Shown piece by piece: positions 47,655 to 57,037 of a DNA stretch of 64,000 nt (position 1 is its first letter; each line of letters opens with the position of its first letter). Source of the stretch: Sphingomonas sp. GTDB taxonomy: Bacteria; Pseudomonadota; Alphaproteobacteria; Sphingomonadales; Sphingomonadaceae. The notes beneath the pieces were generated by a model. It ran no database searches. It was not told the origin of the DNA and saw nothing but the letters and a program-made list of their open reading frames with translations. The position numbers were made by a program, and so were the translations under genes. Where the stretch lies: assembly GCA_035493275.1 (NCBI GenBank), contig DATJIN010000003.1, positions 3,011 through 67,010 of the forward strand, read 5' to 3'.

Positions 47655-48328
47655 GCGAGTGCGGGGTCCTGAATCCCGGCCTCCGCATAACCCTTGGCGC
47701 GCAGGCGGCAGCTGTCGCACACGCCGCAGATCTCGCCGTCCTGAGGATCGTAGCACGACCAGGTTTGCCCCGCGTCGAGGCCGAGGCGCGCGGCTTCACG
47801 AGCGATATCAGCCTTGGACATATCGATCAGCGGGGTGAGGACCTTGAAGCCACCTTCCTTGGTGGCGACATCGGCCATCGCCTCGAACGCGGCGATAAAT
47901 TCGGGGCGGCAATCGGGATAGCCCGAATAATCGAGCGCATTGACGCCGATCGCCAGCCGCGTCGCGCCGACCGCTTCGGCCCATCCCAGCGCGAGGCTGA
48001 GGAAAATCGTGTTGCGGGCGGGGACATAGGTGACCGGAATACCCGGCATGACGCCCTCGCCGGGCACTGCAATCGAAGCGTCGGTGAGGGCCGACCCACC
48101 GAACCGTGTCAGGTCGAGCGGCATGACGACGTGGCGTTCCGCGCCGAGCATCTTTGCCACGCGTGCGGCGGCTTCCAATTCGATGCGGTGGCGCTGGTTG
48201 TAGTCGACTGTCAGTGCGAAGATGCGATAACCCGCCTCGCGCGCCATGCCGCCCGCGACCATCGAATCGAGGCCGCCCGAGACGAGCACGACCGCGGCTT
48301 CGCCGGGATTTGCCTTGTCCAATTGCAT
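47651..48328 (-). CDS. queC: 7-cyano-7-deazaguanine synthase QueC
   Basis: [33 protein letters not shown]. Confidence 0.97.
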   Translation of the reverse strand: MQLDKANPGEAAVVLVSGGLDSMVAGGMAREAGYRIFALTVDYNQRHRIELEAAARVAKMLGAERHVVMPLDLTRFGGSALTDASIAVPGEGVMPGIPVTYVPARNTIFLSLALGWAEAVGATRLAIGVNALDYSGYPDCRPEFIAAFEAMADVATKEGGFKVLTPLIDMSKADIAREAARLGLDAGQTWSCYDPQDGEICGVCDSCRLRAKGYAEAGIQDPALA

Positions 48329-48356
48329 GAAGGCGCAGCTATGTGCCGCAGCGCAC

Positions 48357-48440
48357 AAAAACAATGGGCCGCCCCGAAGGACGGCCCAGTTTTGACCTTT
48401 CGGTCATCTAGGGAGGAAGCGCACGAAAGCTCGTTCGCTG
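48357..48440 (-). ncRNA. SuhB/MmgR (alpha-r8)-like small RNA
   Basis: Hairpin GCGAACGA-GCTT-TCGTGCGC, unpaired TTCCTCCCT, hairpin TGACC-GAAA-GGTCA, terminator TGGGCCGTCC-TTCG-GGGCGGCCCA-TTGTTTTT. Confidence 0.65.
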
Positions 48441-48464
48441 AAAATGTGTTTACGCGCGGTAGGG

Positions 48465-49388
48465 TTAACGTCCGGTTACCGGGTAGAGGTCTTCCGGCGT
48501 AAATTCGAACGCGTGACTGCAAAAGGCGCAATCCACGCTGACGATGCCACGCTCATCGGCCATTTCGGCCTTTTCGCCTTCCGGAAAACGCGACAGCACG
48601 TCACGGACATAATCGCGATCGCAGCGGCAACCGCGCGCCAGTCCGATGCCCGGCAACGTGCGGACTTCCTCTTCCTCGTTGAACAGGCGCCAGACGATGG
48701 TTTCGAGCGGCAATTCGCGGTCGAGTAGTTCCTCGTCTTTGATCGAACCGCCCATGATCGCGACATGCTCCCATTCGGGATGGTCGAGGCGCGTGTGCAG
48801 ACGCTCGCGGCCCTCCTCACCCTCGGGCAAATGCTGGATCAGCAGCCCGCCGGCGACGAGCCCAGTGCCGTCATCGGCTGTGGCGATGCGGATCAGGCTG
48901 GGGATCTGTTCGGACTGCGCGAAATAGCTCTCGGCAGCTTCGCCAAGCGAATCGCCGTCGAGCGGAACGATGCCCTGATAACGCTCACCCGACGTTGCCT
49001 GATCGAAGGTAATCGCGAGATAGCCCTGACCGAAGAGCGAGTAGAGGTCCGGATGGGGGTCGAGGTCTTCGAGGCGCTCGGCATCGAATTTGACGTAGCC
49101 ACGCAGCTTGCCGTCCTGGAAATCGCAGACCAACAGGTTGACGACACCTTCTTCGGTCTGCGCCTGCAGCGTCATCTGACCCGCCGAATCCTTGAGCGTG
49201 CTTCCCAATAGCGCGGTCAGTGCCAGCGCTTCGGCGAGCAGACGTTCGATCACCGGCGGATAGGCGTGCGCCGCGGCAATCGAGTCGATCGTCCCGGCGA
49301 GGCGCACGACGCGGCCACGTGCGTTACGCGACGGGATGATGAAGCCGAGACTTTGGTCGACGGCAGTACCGAGATTCAGGGCTGTCAT
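48465..49388 (-). CDS. hslO: Hsp33 chaperone
   Basis: YQGIVPL, YFAQSEQIP, AGGLLIQHLP, CRC...CAFC redox switch. Confidence 0.96.
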   Translation of the reverse strand: MTALNLGTAVDQSLGFIIPSRNARGRVVRLAGTIDSIAAAHAYPPVIERLLAEALALTALLGSTLKDSAGQMTLQAQTEEGVVNLLVCDFQDGKLRGYVKFDAERLEDLDPHPDLYSLFGQGYLAITFDQATSGERYQGIVPLDGDSLGEAAESYFAQSEQIPSLIRIATADDGTGLVAGGLLIQHLPEGEEGRERLHTRLDHPEWEHVAIMGGSIKDEELLDRELPLETIVWRLFNEEEEVRTLPGIGLARGCRCDRDYVRDVLSRFPEGEKAEMADERGIVSVDCAFCSHAFEFTPEDLYPVTGR

Positions 49389-49398
49389 GATCGCTCCC

Positions 49399-49427
49399 AG
49401 ATGGGAACGGCCCGCGAAAATCTCAAC
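49399..49427 (-). promoter_or_regulatory. RpoH (sigma32)-like promoter of hslO
   Basis: GTTG-N18-CCCATCT, 10 bp before the ATG of a heat-shock gene. Confidence 0.6.
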
Positions 49428-50361
49428 CGATTAGGCCGAAGCACCACAACAGGATCGATTTCTGCGCATGAAGGCGGTTTTCGGCCTCGTCCCATACGGC
49501 CGATTGCGGGCCGTCGATGACCTCCGCCGTCATTTCCTCGCCGCGATGCGCGGGGAGGCAATGCATGAACGTCGCGCCCGGCTTGGCCTTCGTCATCAGC
49601 CCCGCATCGATCTGAAATGGCGTCAGCGCGGCGACACGCGCTTCCGCATCGGCCTGCCCCATCGACACCCAGCAGTCGGTGACAACGACATCGGCGTCCT
49701 GCGTCGCGCGCGCCGGGTCGCGTTCGATGGTCACGCGCGCGTTGGTATTGGCGAGGCGTTCGTTGGCCTGCGTCACGAACCCCGGGTCGGGATCATAGCC
49801 TTCGGGACAAGCCACCGAGACCGAGAACTGCATCAGCCCCGCCGCCTCGATTAGCGAATTGACGACGTTGTTGCCATCTCCCGACCAAGCCCATTTGCCG
49901 CCCGGCAGCGCGATTCCCCGTTCGAGCGCGGTCAACAGATCGGCCATGATCTGGCACGGGTGCGAGCGGTCGCTGAGGCCGTTGATGACCGGGACGCTGG
50001 CATATTCGACCATTTCGTCCAGCTTGGCTGGATCGTCGGTGCGCAGCATGATCGCGTCGACATAGCGGCTGAGCACGCGCGCCGTATCGGCCACGGTTTC
50101 GCCGCGTCCGAGCTGTGTCGAACCCGCGTCCAGGATCAGCGAGCTGCCGCCCAGTTGCCGGATCGCCGCGTCGAAGCTGGCGCGGGTGCGCGTCGAGTTC
50201 TTTTCGAACACCATCGCCAGCGTATGCCCGGCGAGCGGCGCATCGGCATCGGGCTTACCCTTGGGCCAGCCCTTCCGCGCCGCCTTGCGATCGAGCGCAT
50301 CGTTGAGGATCGCGGCAACTCCGTCCGGCCCGGCATCGGACAGGTCGAGGAAGCTGCGCAT
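49423..50361 (-). CDS. argF: Ornithine carbamoyltransferase
   Basis: STRTR, HPCQ, WVSMGQ, HCLP; start ATG 50361. Confidence 0.97.
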   Translation of the reverse strand: MRSFLDLSDAGPDGVAAILNDALDRKAARKGWPKGKPDADAPLAGHTLAMVFEKNSTRTRASFDAAIRQLGGSSLILDAGSTQLGRGETVADTARVLSRYVDAIMLRTDDPAKLDEMVEYASVPVINGLSDRSHPCQIMADLLTALERGIALPGGKWAWSGDGNNVVNSLIEAAGLMQFSVSVACPEGYDPDPGFVTQANERLANTNARVTIERDPARATQDADVVVTDCWVSMGQADAEARVAALTPFQIDAGLMTKAKPGATFMHCLPAHRGEEMTAEVIDGPQSAVWDEAENRLHAQKSILLWCFGLIG

Positions 50362-50363
50362 GG

Positions 50364-51566
50364 TCAGGCGGCGACCGGCGTGGCCGGCACGAACGCGCGC
50401 GCACCTTCGCTCAGGCGCTCGATACATTCGGCGATGTGATCCTCGTTGATCACCAGCGGCGGAAGCACGCGGAACACGTTTTCGCCTGCGGCAACCGTCA
50501 GCAGCCCGTGATTATCGCGCAAATGTGCGACGAAATCGCGGCTGACCGCCGTATCCTTCATCTTGATGCCGAGCATCAGGCCCTTGCCGCGGATTTCCTC
50601 GAACAGATGATCGTGATTCGGGATCATCTGTTCGAAGCTCGCACGCAGCCGTTCGCCCATGCGCGTAACGTGAGGCAGGAAATCGGGCTCGAGAATCACG
50701 TCGAGGATCGCCTGCCCCGCAGCCATGGCAAGCGGGTTGCCGCCATAGGTCGAGCCATGCGTGCCGATGACCATGCCCTTGGCCGCTTCTTCGGTCGCGA
50801 GACACGCGCCGAGCGGGAAGCCACCGCCGATGCCCTTGGCCACGGTCATGATATCGGGCGTGATGCCGTAATGCTCATAGGCCCACATCTTGCCGGTGCG
50901 GCCATAGCCGCACTGGATCTCGTCGAGGATCAGGAGCAGGCCATGCTCGTCGCATGCCTTGCGCAGCCCGGTGATGAACTCGTGCGTGCCGGCGGTCATG
51001 CCGCCCTCGCCCTGCACGGTCTCGACAAGGAAACCCGCGGTCTCGTCGTCGATCAGCGCCAGCGCGCCTTCAAGGTCGTTGAAGCGGGCATAGTCGAAGC
51101 CGGGCAGCAGCGGCTCGAACCCGTCGCGCATCTTGGCCTGATCGGTCGCCGAAATCGCGCCGAGCGAGCGCCCGTGAAACGCGTTCTTGAACGTGATCAG
51201 CTTGTAGCGTTCGGGATTGCCGTTGACGTCGTGATAGCGCCGCGCGGTCTTGATCGCGCACTCGATCGCTTCGACGCCCGAATTGGTGAAGAACAGCGTG
51301 TCGGCAAAACTGTTGTCGACGATCCGCTGCGCCAGCGCCTCACCCTGCGGTGAGCCGTAGAGATTGGAAACATGCATCAGCGTCGCTGCCTGGTCGGCAA
51401 TCGCCTTGGTCAGATGCGGATGGCCGTGGCCCAGCGCGTTGACCGCGATGCCGCTGGCAAAGTCGAGATATTTTTCGCCCCGCTCCCCGTAAAGATACAC
51501 GCCCTCGCCTCGCACCGGTCGAACCCCGCACCGGGGATAGACGGGCATCAGCGGCGTGATCGGCAT
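50364..51566 (-). CDS. argD: Acetylornithine aminotransferase
   Basis: [45 protein letters not shown]. Confidence 0.96.
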   Translation of the reverse strand: MPITPLMPVYPRCGVRPVRGEGVYLYGERGEKYLDFASGIAVNALGHGHPHLTKAIADQAATLMHVSNLYGSPQGEALAQRIVDNSFADTLFFTNSGVEAIECAIKTARRYHDVNGNPERYKLITFKNAFHGRSLGAISATDQAKMRDGFEPLLPGFDYARFNDLEGALALIDDETAGFLVETVQGEGGMTAGTHEFITGLRKACDEHGLLLILDEIQCGYGRTGKMWAYEHYGITPDIMTVAKGIGGGFPLGACLATEEAAKGMVIGTHGSTYGGNPLAMAAGQAILDVILEPDFLPHVTRMGERLRASFEQMIPNHDHLFEEIRGKGLMLGIKMKDTAVSRDFVAHLRDNHGLLTVAAGENVFRVLPPLVINEDHIAECIERLSEGARAFVPATPVAA

Positions 51567-51579
51567 GGCGAGAACTCCC

Positions 51580-51612
51580 AAAGCAAAGAGGCGACCCGGT
51601 TTGGGCCGCCTC
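51580..51612 (-). terminator. Terminator-like hairpin abutting the argD RBS
   Basis: GAGGCGGCCC-AAACC-GGGTCGCCTC-TTTGCTTT then GGGAG. Confidence 0.6.
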
Positions 51613-51653
51613 GATGCACCACTCCATAACGGAGCGGCGGGGTTCAGGTCAAT

Positions 51654-52121
51654 TTAGCGACGATAGGGGTTGTCGTCGTCGCGGTCGTACCGGTCCGGCA
51701 CGCCGTCACGGTCCCGATCAGAATTGGAGCCGTAGCCGTAGCCATTCCCGTATCGGCGGTCGCCGTCGCGCGCTTCGTAACGAACGCGCTGCTCCAGCCG
51801 TGCCAGGCGGTTCCAAAGATCCTGCCGCTCGCCGCGGTCATAGCCGCCGCCATAGCCATTATAGGCATATTTCTGGGCACGATCCTGGATCCAGTAGAGC
51901 TCACGGCTCAACGAACGCTGCTCCGACCCAGTCAGGGCGCCCTGACGGGCCAGACGGTCGATCTGCCACGAAACCTGCCGAATGCGCTGGTTGATGCCAC
52001 CGCCATTATTCTGGTTGTAGCCATAACCCTGCTGCCCGCCCCAATATTGAGCGGTGGCAGGAGCCGCGGCGGCAACACTCGCCAACGCGATAATCGGAAC
52101 AAGAAACTTACGCATCGTCAC
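51654..52121 (-). CDS. Hypothetical exported Gly/Tyr/Arg/Asp-rich protein
   Basis: AGGAGG RBS, signal peptide ending PATAQ, C-terminal DRDRDGVPDRYDRDDDN. Confidence 0.8.
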   Translation of the reverse strand: MTMRKFLVPIIALASVAAAAPATAQYWGGQQGYGYNQNNGGGINQRIRQVSWQIDRLARQGALTGSEQRSLSRELYWIQDRAQKYAYNGYGGGYDRGERQDLWNRLARLEQRVRYEARDGDRRYGNGYGYGSNSDRDRDGVPDRYDRDDDNPYRR

Positions 52122-52195
52122 CTCCTATTGGTTCGACGCTCCGCTTCTAGGCGAGTCGACTTGGTCGCACGCTGAACGCGCCTGTTATCGCGGGT

Positions 52196-53026
52196 TCAGT
52201 TCTTGAGCTTCCACCCGCTCTTTAGAACCGCGTAGCTGATCACACCCAGCACGATACTGATCGCGAGCAGCACGAACCCGCCGATCATCACCGGCGAATC
52301 CGCCACGCCGATAAAGCCGTAGCGGAAGCCCGAGATGACGTAGTGAAACGGATTGAGCCGGCTGAACACCTGGAACGCCGGGTGCAGCCGGTCGATCGCG
52401 TAGAATGTGCCCGACAGCAGCGAAGCCGGCGCAATGACGAAATTGCTGATCGTCGCGGCGTGATCGAACTTTTCGGCCCAGATCGACGTCAGCACGCCCA
52501 TCAGGGCGAGCATCATCGAGCCCAACAAACCGAACCAAAGGATCGCCCCCAAGTGCGCGATGGTGACATGGACCCCGGGCCAGAACAGCATCGCAACGAA
52601 GATCGCGAAACCGACCAACACCGCACGCGTCATCGCCCCGCCGACCATCGCCGCCAGCAGCTCGCCGGTCGACAGCGGCGGCATCAGATAATCGACGATG
52701 GTCCCCTGGATTTTGCCGACGAGCAGCGAGAAGCTCGAATTGGCGAACGCGTTCTGCATCATCCCCATGACGATCAGTCCGGGGGCGATGAAATCGGCGA
52801 ACGCGACCTGCTGCCCGTCCACCGAAACCGGGGTTCGCCCACCGGTCGCGACCGTGAAGATGACCAGAAACAGGAGCGTCGTGACCGCAGGGGCCCAGAC
52901 AGTCTGGAGCTGAACCTTGAAAAAGCGGCGCACCTCCTTCACATAAAGCGTCTTCAACCCGCCCCAGTTGACGTTGCGGATGATCGGCTCGCCCGGCTCA
53001 TGCCGGATCGCGGTGCTGTCATTCAT
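52196..53026 (-). CDS. ABC-2 type transporter permease
   Basis: KEVRRFFKV, FIAPGL, LSGTFY, NPFHYVISGFRYG. Confidence 0.92.
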   Translation of the reverse strand: MNDSTAIRHEPGEPIIRNVNWGGLKTLYVKEVRRFFKVQLQTVWAPAVTTLLFLVIFTVATGGRTPVSVDGQQVAFADFIAPGLIVMGMMQNAFANSSFSLLVGKIQGTIVDYLMPPLSTGELLAAMVGGAMTRAVLVGFAIFVAMLFWPGVHVTIAHLGAILWFGLLGSMMLALMGVLTSIWAEKFDHAATISNFVIAPASLLSGTFYAIDRLHPAFQVFSRLNPFHYVISGFRYGFIGVADSPVMIGGFVLLAISIVLGVISYAVLKSGWKLKN

Positions 53027-53069
53027 GCCAGCGCGTTAGGAGCGGAGACACGCACGAGCAAGGATTACG

Positions 53070-53750
53070 ATGGCCTGGACCGACGAGCGGATCGATAAGC
53101 TCAAGACCATGTGGGAAAGCGGCAAGACCGCGAGCGTCATTGCTGACGAACTCGGCGGCGTTTCGCGTAATGCCGTGATCGGCAAGGCGCACCGCCTCGG
53201 CCTTCAATCGCGCCCATCGCCGGTGACGGCCAAGGATGATGCCCCGGCCAAGCCTGCCCCCGCGCCCAAAGCCGCTGCACCGGCAGAGCCGGCCGCGCCC
53301 AAGCCCGCGCCCAAGGCGGCTGCGCCAGCGCCGACCCCTGAACCCGTCGTCGAACGGATGGCGCCACCGCCGCCGAATCCCTTTCCGCCGCATGTGCCGA
53401 GCGGCCCGACCGGCGCCCAGCTGCGTTCGATCGGACCGGGCGGGTTCCTTCGTCAGGGGCCGGGCGACCAGGCTCCGCCATCGCAACCTGCACCGCCGCG
53501 CCGCCTGGTTCCCGCGCGCCCCTCGCCGGAAATTGCGGGCAAGACGACCCTGCTCGATCTCAGTGACAAGGTCTGCAAATGGCCGATGGGACACCCGGGC
53601 GAGCCCGACTTCCATTTCTGCGGCGACACGGTGAACCCGGGTTTCCCCTATTGCGTCCAGCATTGCGGCCAGGCCTATCAGGCACAGATGCCGCGCCGCG
53701 ACCGCCGCATGCCCCCGCCGCTGCCGTTCGGCGGCCCGCGGGTCCGTTAA
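53070..53750 (+). CDS. gcrA: Cell cycle regulator GcrA
   Basis: MAWTDERI, SRNAVIGKAHRLGL, CKWPMGHP, FHFCG, PYCVQHC. Confidence 0.96.
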   Translation: MAWTDERIDKLKTMWESGKTASVIADELGGVSRNAVIGKAHRLGLQSRPSPVTAKDDAPAKPAPAPKAAAPAEPAAPKPAPKAAAPAPTPEPVVERMAPPPPNPFPPHVPSGPTGAQLRSIGPGGFLRQGPGDQAPPSQPAPPRRLVPARPSPEIAGKTTLLDLSDKVCKWPMGHPGEPDFHFCGDTVNPGFPYCVQHCGQAYQAQMPRRDRRMPPPLPFGGPRVR

Positions 53751-53753
53751 AAA

Positions 53754-53782
53754 TCGGGAGAGCCGAAGCTCTCCCGAAAATT
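53754..53782. terminator. Hairpin between convergent gcrA and the OMP gene
   Basis: TCGGGAGAGC-CGAA-GCTCTCCCGA flanked by A runs. Confidence 0.75.
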
Positions 53783-53785
53783 ACT

Positions 53786-54613
53786 CTAGAAGTGGAACGC
53801 CGCGGTAACGCGGAGGCCGTGAGCGTTCAGATCGTTGCGGCTCGGCGCGATCGTCGTGGTCGTGCCGCCAAGAATGAACGGGTTCGTCGCCGCTGCCGAG
53901 CCGGGGCCCACCAGCACGCGGCTCTTCTTGTCGTTATAGCTCGAGTAGAGATACTCCATCCCGAGCGAGAGGCGCGGCGTGATCATGCCTTCGACGCCGC
54001 CACCCGCAACCCAGCCCCACGCGCCATGCGCGCCGCTGACCGCGAAGCTGTTGGCGGTGTTGGTCGTGAAAAAGCGGTCACGGACGCGCGCATAAGCGGC
54101 GCCGCCGGTCGCATAGAACAGTACACCGCTATTGGTGCCCGGCGTATAGCCCAACCGGCCGCGAACATTCGCGTTCCAGCGGAAATCCCGAACCAACGTG
54201 TAGCTCGCCGGCGTCGTGCTGAACGCCGAGGTGCTGTCGATGCTCTCATTGCGACCGCCCTCTCCGACGATACCGATCACGATGTTGCCGAAGCGCGCAT
54301 CGGCGCCGATCCGGCCACCATAATCGAAATTGTCGCGGTCGTTGGCGCAGCTGACATTGGCGCTGCTGGTTGCTGCCCCGTTGCAGAAGCCCGGCGAGAA
54401 GGCATTGGCCCCCGTCGAATTGGTCAGCGTGGTGCTGAAAGGCGCCCCGCCGCGGCTGAACACCAGAGTGTCCTGCGTGTCGTTCGGTTGGAACGTCGCG
54501 CCGAAATGGCCACCGATATAGAAGCCATCGAAATACTGCGGCTCGTCATCCTGAGCCAGAGCAGGGCTCGCCAGGGCAAGCGCCGCCACGCCCGCAATCA
54601 GCAGGTTACGCAT
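53786..54613 (-). CDS. Outer membrane beta-barrel protein (Omp25/RopB-like)
   Basis: Signal peptide, FDGFYIGGHFG, RGRLGY, YATGGAAY, GWVAGGGVE, terminal Phe. Confidence 0.88.
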   Translation of the reverse strand: MRNLLIAGVAALALASPALAQDDEPQYFDGFYIGGHFGATFQPNDTQDTLVFSRGGAPFSTTLTNSTGANAFSPGFCNGAATSSANVSCANDRDNFDYGGRIGADARFGNIVIGIVGEGGRNESIDSTSAFSTTPASYTLVRDFRWNANVRGRLGYTPGTNSGVLFYATGGAAYARVRDRFFTTNTANSFAVSGAHGAWGWVAGGGVEGMITPRLSLGMEYLYSSYNDKKSRVLVGPGSAAATNPFILGGTTTTIAPSRNDLNAHGLRVTAAFHF

Positions 54614-54696
54614 CGTTATTCTCCGTTTGTTGGTCGGAGGCAGAAACGTCCCGAGCGAAATTAAGACGCATCAAAAATGGAGATACGGGACCGGCT

Positions 54697-54712
54697 GTGG
54701 CAATTTTGCCAC
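54697..54712. promoter_or_regulatory. Palindrome in the OMP / parE divergent spacer
   Basis: GTGGCAA-TT-TTGCCAC. Confidence 0.5.
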
Positions 54713-54751
54713 CCGCTTGCCGCGCGGCGCTCCGGCTTCCAATAGAACGTC

Positions 54752-56734
54752 ATGAGCGATTTGTTCGACGCGCCTGCGGGCAGCGCGGGTCATGGTAATT
54801 ACGACGCCTCGGCAATCGAGGTGCTTGAAGGGCTGGAACCTGTTCGCCGCCGCCCCGGCATGTACATTGGCGGCACTGACGAGCGTGCGCTGCACCACCT
54901 TGCCGCCGAAGTGCTCGACAATTCGATGGACGAAGCGGTCGCGGGGCACGCGTCACGCATCGAAGTGTCGCTGGAGGCGGGCAACCGGCTGACCGTCATC
55001 GACAATGGCCGCGGCATCCCGGTCGATCCGCACCCGAAATTCCCGGGCAAGTCGGCGCTCGAAGTGATCCTGTCGACGCTCCATTCGGGCGGCAAGTTCG
55101 ACGGCAAGGCCTACGCGACGTCGGGCGGCCTGCACGGCGTCGGCGTCAGCGTGGTCAACGCACTGTCCAGCGACACCGTCGTCGAAGTCGCGCGCAATAA
55201 GGAACTATTCCGCCAGCGGTTTTCGCGCGGCGTCACGCTCGGGCCGCTCGAAAAGCTCGGGCCGACGCAGAATCGCCGCGGCACGAGCACCAGCTTCGTC
55301 CCCGACGAACAGATCTTCGGCGAACTCACGTTCAAGCCGGCGCGATTGTATCGCCTCGCTCGGTCCAAGGCCTATCTCTTCGCCGGGGTGGAAATCCGCT
55401 GGAAATGCGATCCCGCGCTGATCACCGACGACACGCCGACCGAAGCGGTATTCCAGTTTCCAGGCGGCCTCGCCGATCATTTGCGCGAACAGGTTGGCAC
55501 CCGCGAAGCCGCGACCGCTGAGTTCTTCACCGGCACTCAGGACTTTCCGGGCGACCAGCAGGGCCGCGTCGAATGGGCGGTCGCCTGGCCGCTGTGGAGC
55601 GACGGCAGCTTCTCCTGGTATTGCAACACCATCCCGACGCCTGATGGCGGGACGCACGAAGCGGGCCTGCGCGCGGCGCTGGTCAAGGGATTGCGTGCGT
55701 TCGGCCAGCTGGTCGGCGCGAAGAAATCCAACGACCTTCAGCCCGAGGACGTGATGGCCCCGGCCGAGCTGATGCTCAGCGTGTTCATCCGCGACCCGCA
55801 ATTCCAGTCGCAGACCAAGGACCGCCTGACCTCGCCCGAAGCCGCGCGGCTGGTCGAAAATGCAGTGCGCGACCATTTCGACCACTTCCTCACCGACAAT
55901 ATGGACCGTGGCCGCGCGCTGCTGGCCTATGCGACTGACCGGATGGACGAGCGCCTCGCCCGCCGCGCCGAGCGCGAGGTCAAGCGCAAGACCGCGACCT
56001 CGGCGCGCAAGCTGCGCCTGCCGGGCAAGCTGACCGATTGTTCGGCAGACGATCCCAAGGGCACCGAATTGTTCATCGTCGAAGGCGACAGCGCCGGCGG
56101 CAGCGCCAAACAGGCGCGGGACCGCAAGACGCAGGCGATCCTGCCGATCCGCGGCAAGATTTTGAATGTCGCCAGCGCCACGGCGGAAAAAATCCGCGCG
56201 AACAGCGAAATCGCCGACCTGATCCTCGCGCTCGGCTGTGGCGTGCGCGACAAATGCGATGCGGACGCGCTGCGCTACGAACGCGTCGTCATCATGACGG
56301 ACGCCGACGTCGACGGCGCGCACATCGCGACGCTGCTGATGACGCTATTCTTCCAGGAAATGCCCGAGATCGTCCGACGCGGGCACGTCTATCTCGCCCA
56401 GCCGCCGCTCTACCGCATCACCGCGGGTGCGAAGTCACTCTACGCGCGCGACGATGCGCAACTGGAGGAGATCAAGGCGGGCGTGTTCAAGGGCCGCAAC
56501 ATCGAAGTCGGCCGCTTCAAGGGCCTCGGCGAAATGAACCCGGCCCAGCTGCGCGAAACGACGATGGACCCGAAAACCCGCACCCTGATCCGCGTCACGC
56601 TGCCGCAGGAATATGAAGACCGCGCCGTCGTCCGCGACCTCGTGGAGCGCCTGATGGGCAAGCACCCCGAGCACCGCTTCAACTTCATTCAGGAGAATGC
56701 GGCGCGCGTGGATGAAGAGGCGATAGATGCTTGA
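54752..56734 (+). CDS. parE: DNA topoisomerase IV subunit B
   Basis: EPVRRRPGMYIG, LDNSMDEA, EGDSAGGSAKQAR, MTDADVDGAHI, RFKGLGEM; lacks the long proteobacterial GyrB insertion. Confidence 0.96.
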   Translation: MSDLFDAPAGSAGHGNYDASAIEVLEGLEPVRRRPGMYIGGTDERALHHLAAEVLDNSMDEAVAGHASRIEVSLEAGNRLTVIDNGRGIPVDPHPKFPGKSALEVILSTLHSGGKFDGKAYATSGGLHGVGVSVVNALSSDTVVEVARNKELFRQRFSRGVTLGPLEKLGPTQNRRGTSTSFVPDEQIFGELTFKPARLYRLARSKAYLFAGVEIRWKCDPALITDDTPTEAVFQFPGGLADHLREQVGTREAATAEFFTGTQDFPGDQQGRVEWAVAWPLWSDGSFSWYCNTIPTPDGGTHEAGLRAALVKGLRAFGQLVGAKKSNDLQPEDVMAPAELMLSVFIRDPQFQSQTKDRLTSPEAARLVENAVRDHFDHFLTDNMDRGRALLAYATDRMDERLARRAEREVKRKTATSARKLRLPGKLTDCSADDPKGTELFIVEGDSAGGSAKQARDRKTQAILPIRGKILNVASATAEKIRANSEIADLILALGCGVRDKCDADALRYERVVIMTDADVDGAHIATLLMTLFFQEMPEIVRRGHVYLAQPPLYRITAGAKSLYARDDAQLEEIKAGVFKGRNIEVGRFKGLGEMNPAQLRETTMDPKTRTLIRVTLPQEYEDRAVVRDLVERLMGKHPEHRFNFIQENAARVDEEAIDA

Positions 56735-57032
56735 GGCCCTAGTCGGTCTCGGAATTTATGAGCTTGTTGCAGTAGGGGACTTGGTCGGGCTTTTCGTCGG
56801 CTTCGCGATACATCGCCTACGCTTGGGATGCGCCGCGCTATTCATCGTTCCGGTCGTCATGATCGTGGCGATCAACCAATGGCAAAGTGCTCACCCTGAA
56901 AACCTGAGATCGACCAGCGCGCTTGATTTTATATTTGGGCCATTGTGGCCGAGCATCGGCGCCATCGCAGGCTACTTCGCGGGTAGAATACTCAGGGAAG
57001 CTTGGCTCTCGCGACAAAATCGCCGCAGCTAA
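56727..57032 (+). CDS. Small membrane protein
   Basis: Three hydrophobic segments, overlaps the parE stop, visibly more AT-rich than its flanks. Confidence 0.6.
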   Translation: MLEALVGLGIYELVAVGDLVGLFVGFAIHRLRLGCAALFIVPVVMIVAINQWQSAHPENLRSTSALDFIFGPLWPSIGAIAGYFAGRILREAWLSRQNRRS

Positions 57033-57037
57033 GGCCG

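Noticed and set aside
47022-48328. 7-deazaguanine DNA-modification (dpd) defence island
   Set aside because: No dpdA, tgt paralogue, helicase or nuclease; housekeeping context
48329-48464. Canonical preQ1 riboswitch upstream of queC
   Set aside because: The class I stem-loop with A-rich tail is absent; the structure fits a SuhB-like RNA better
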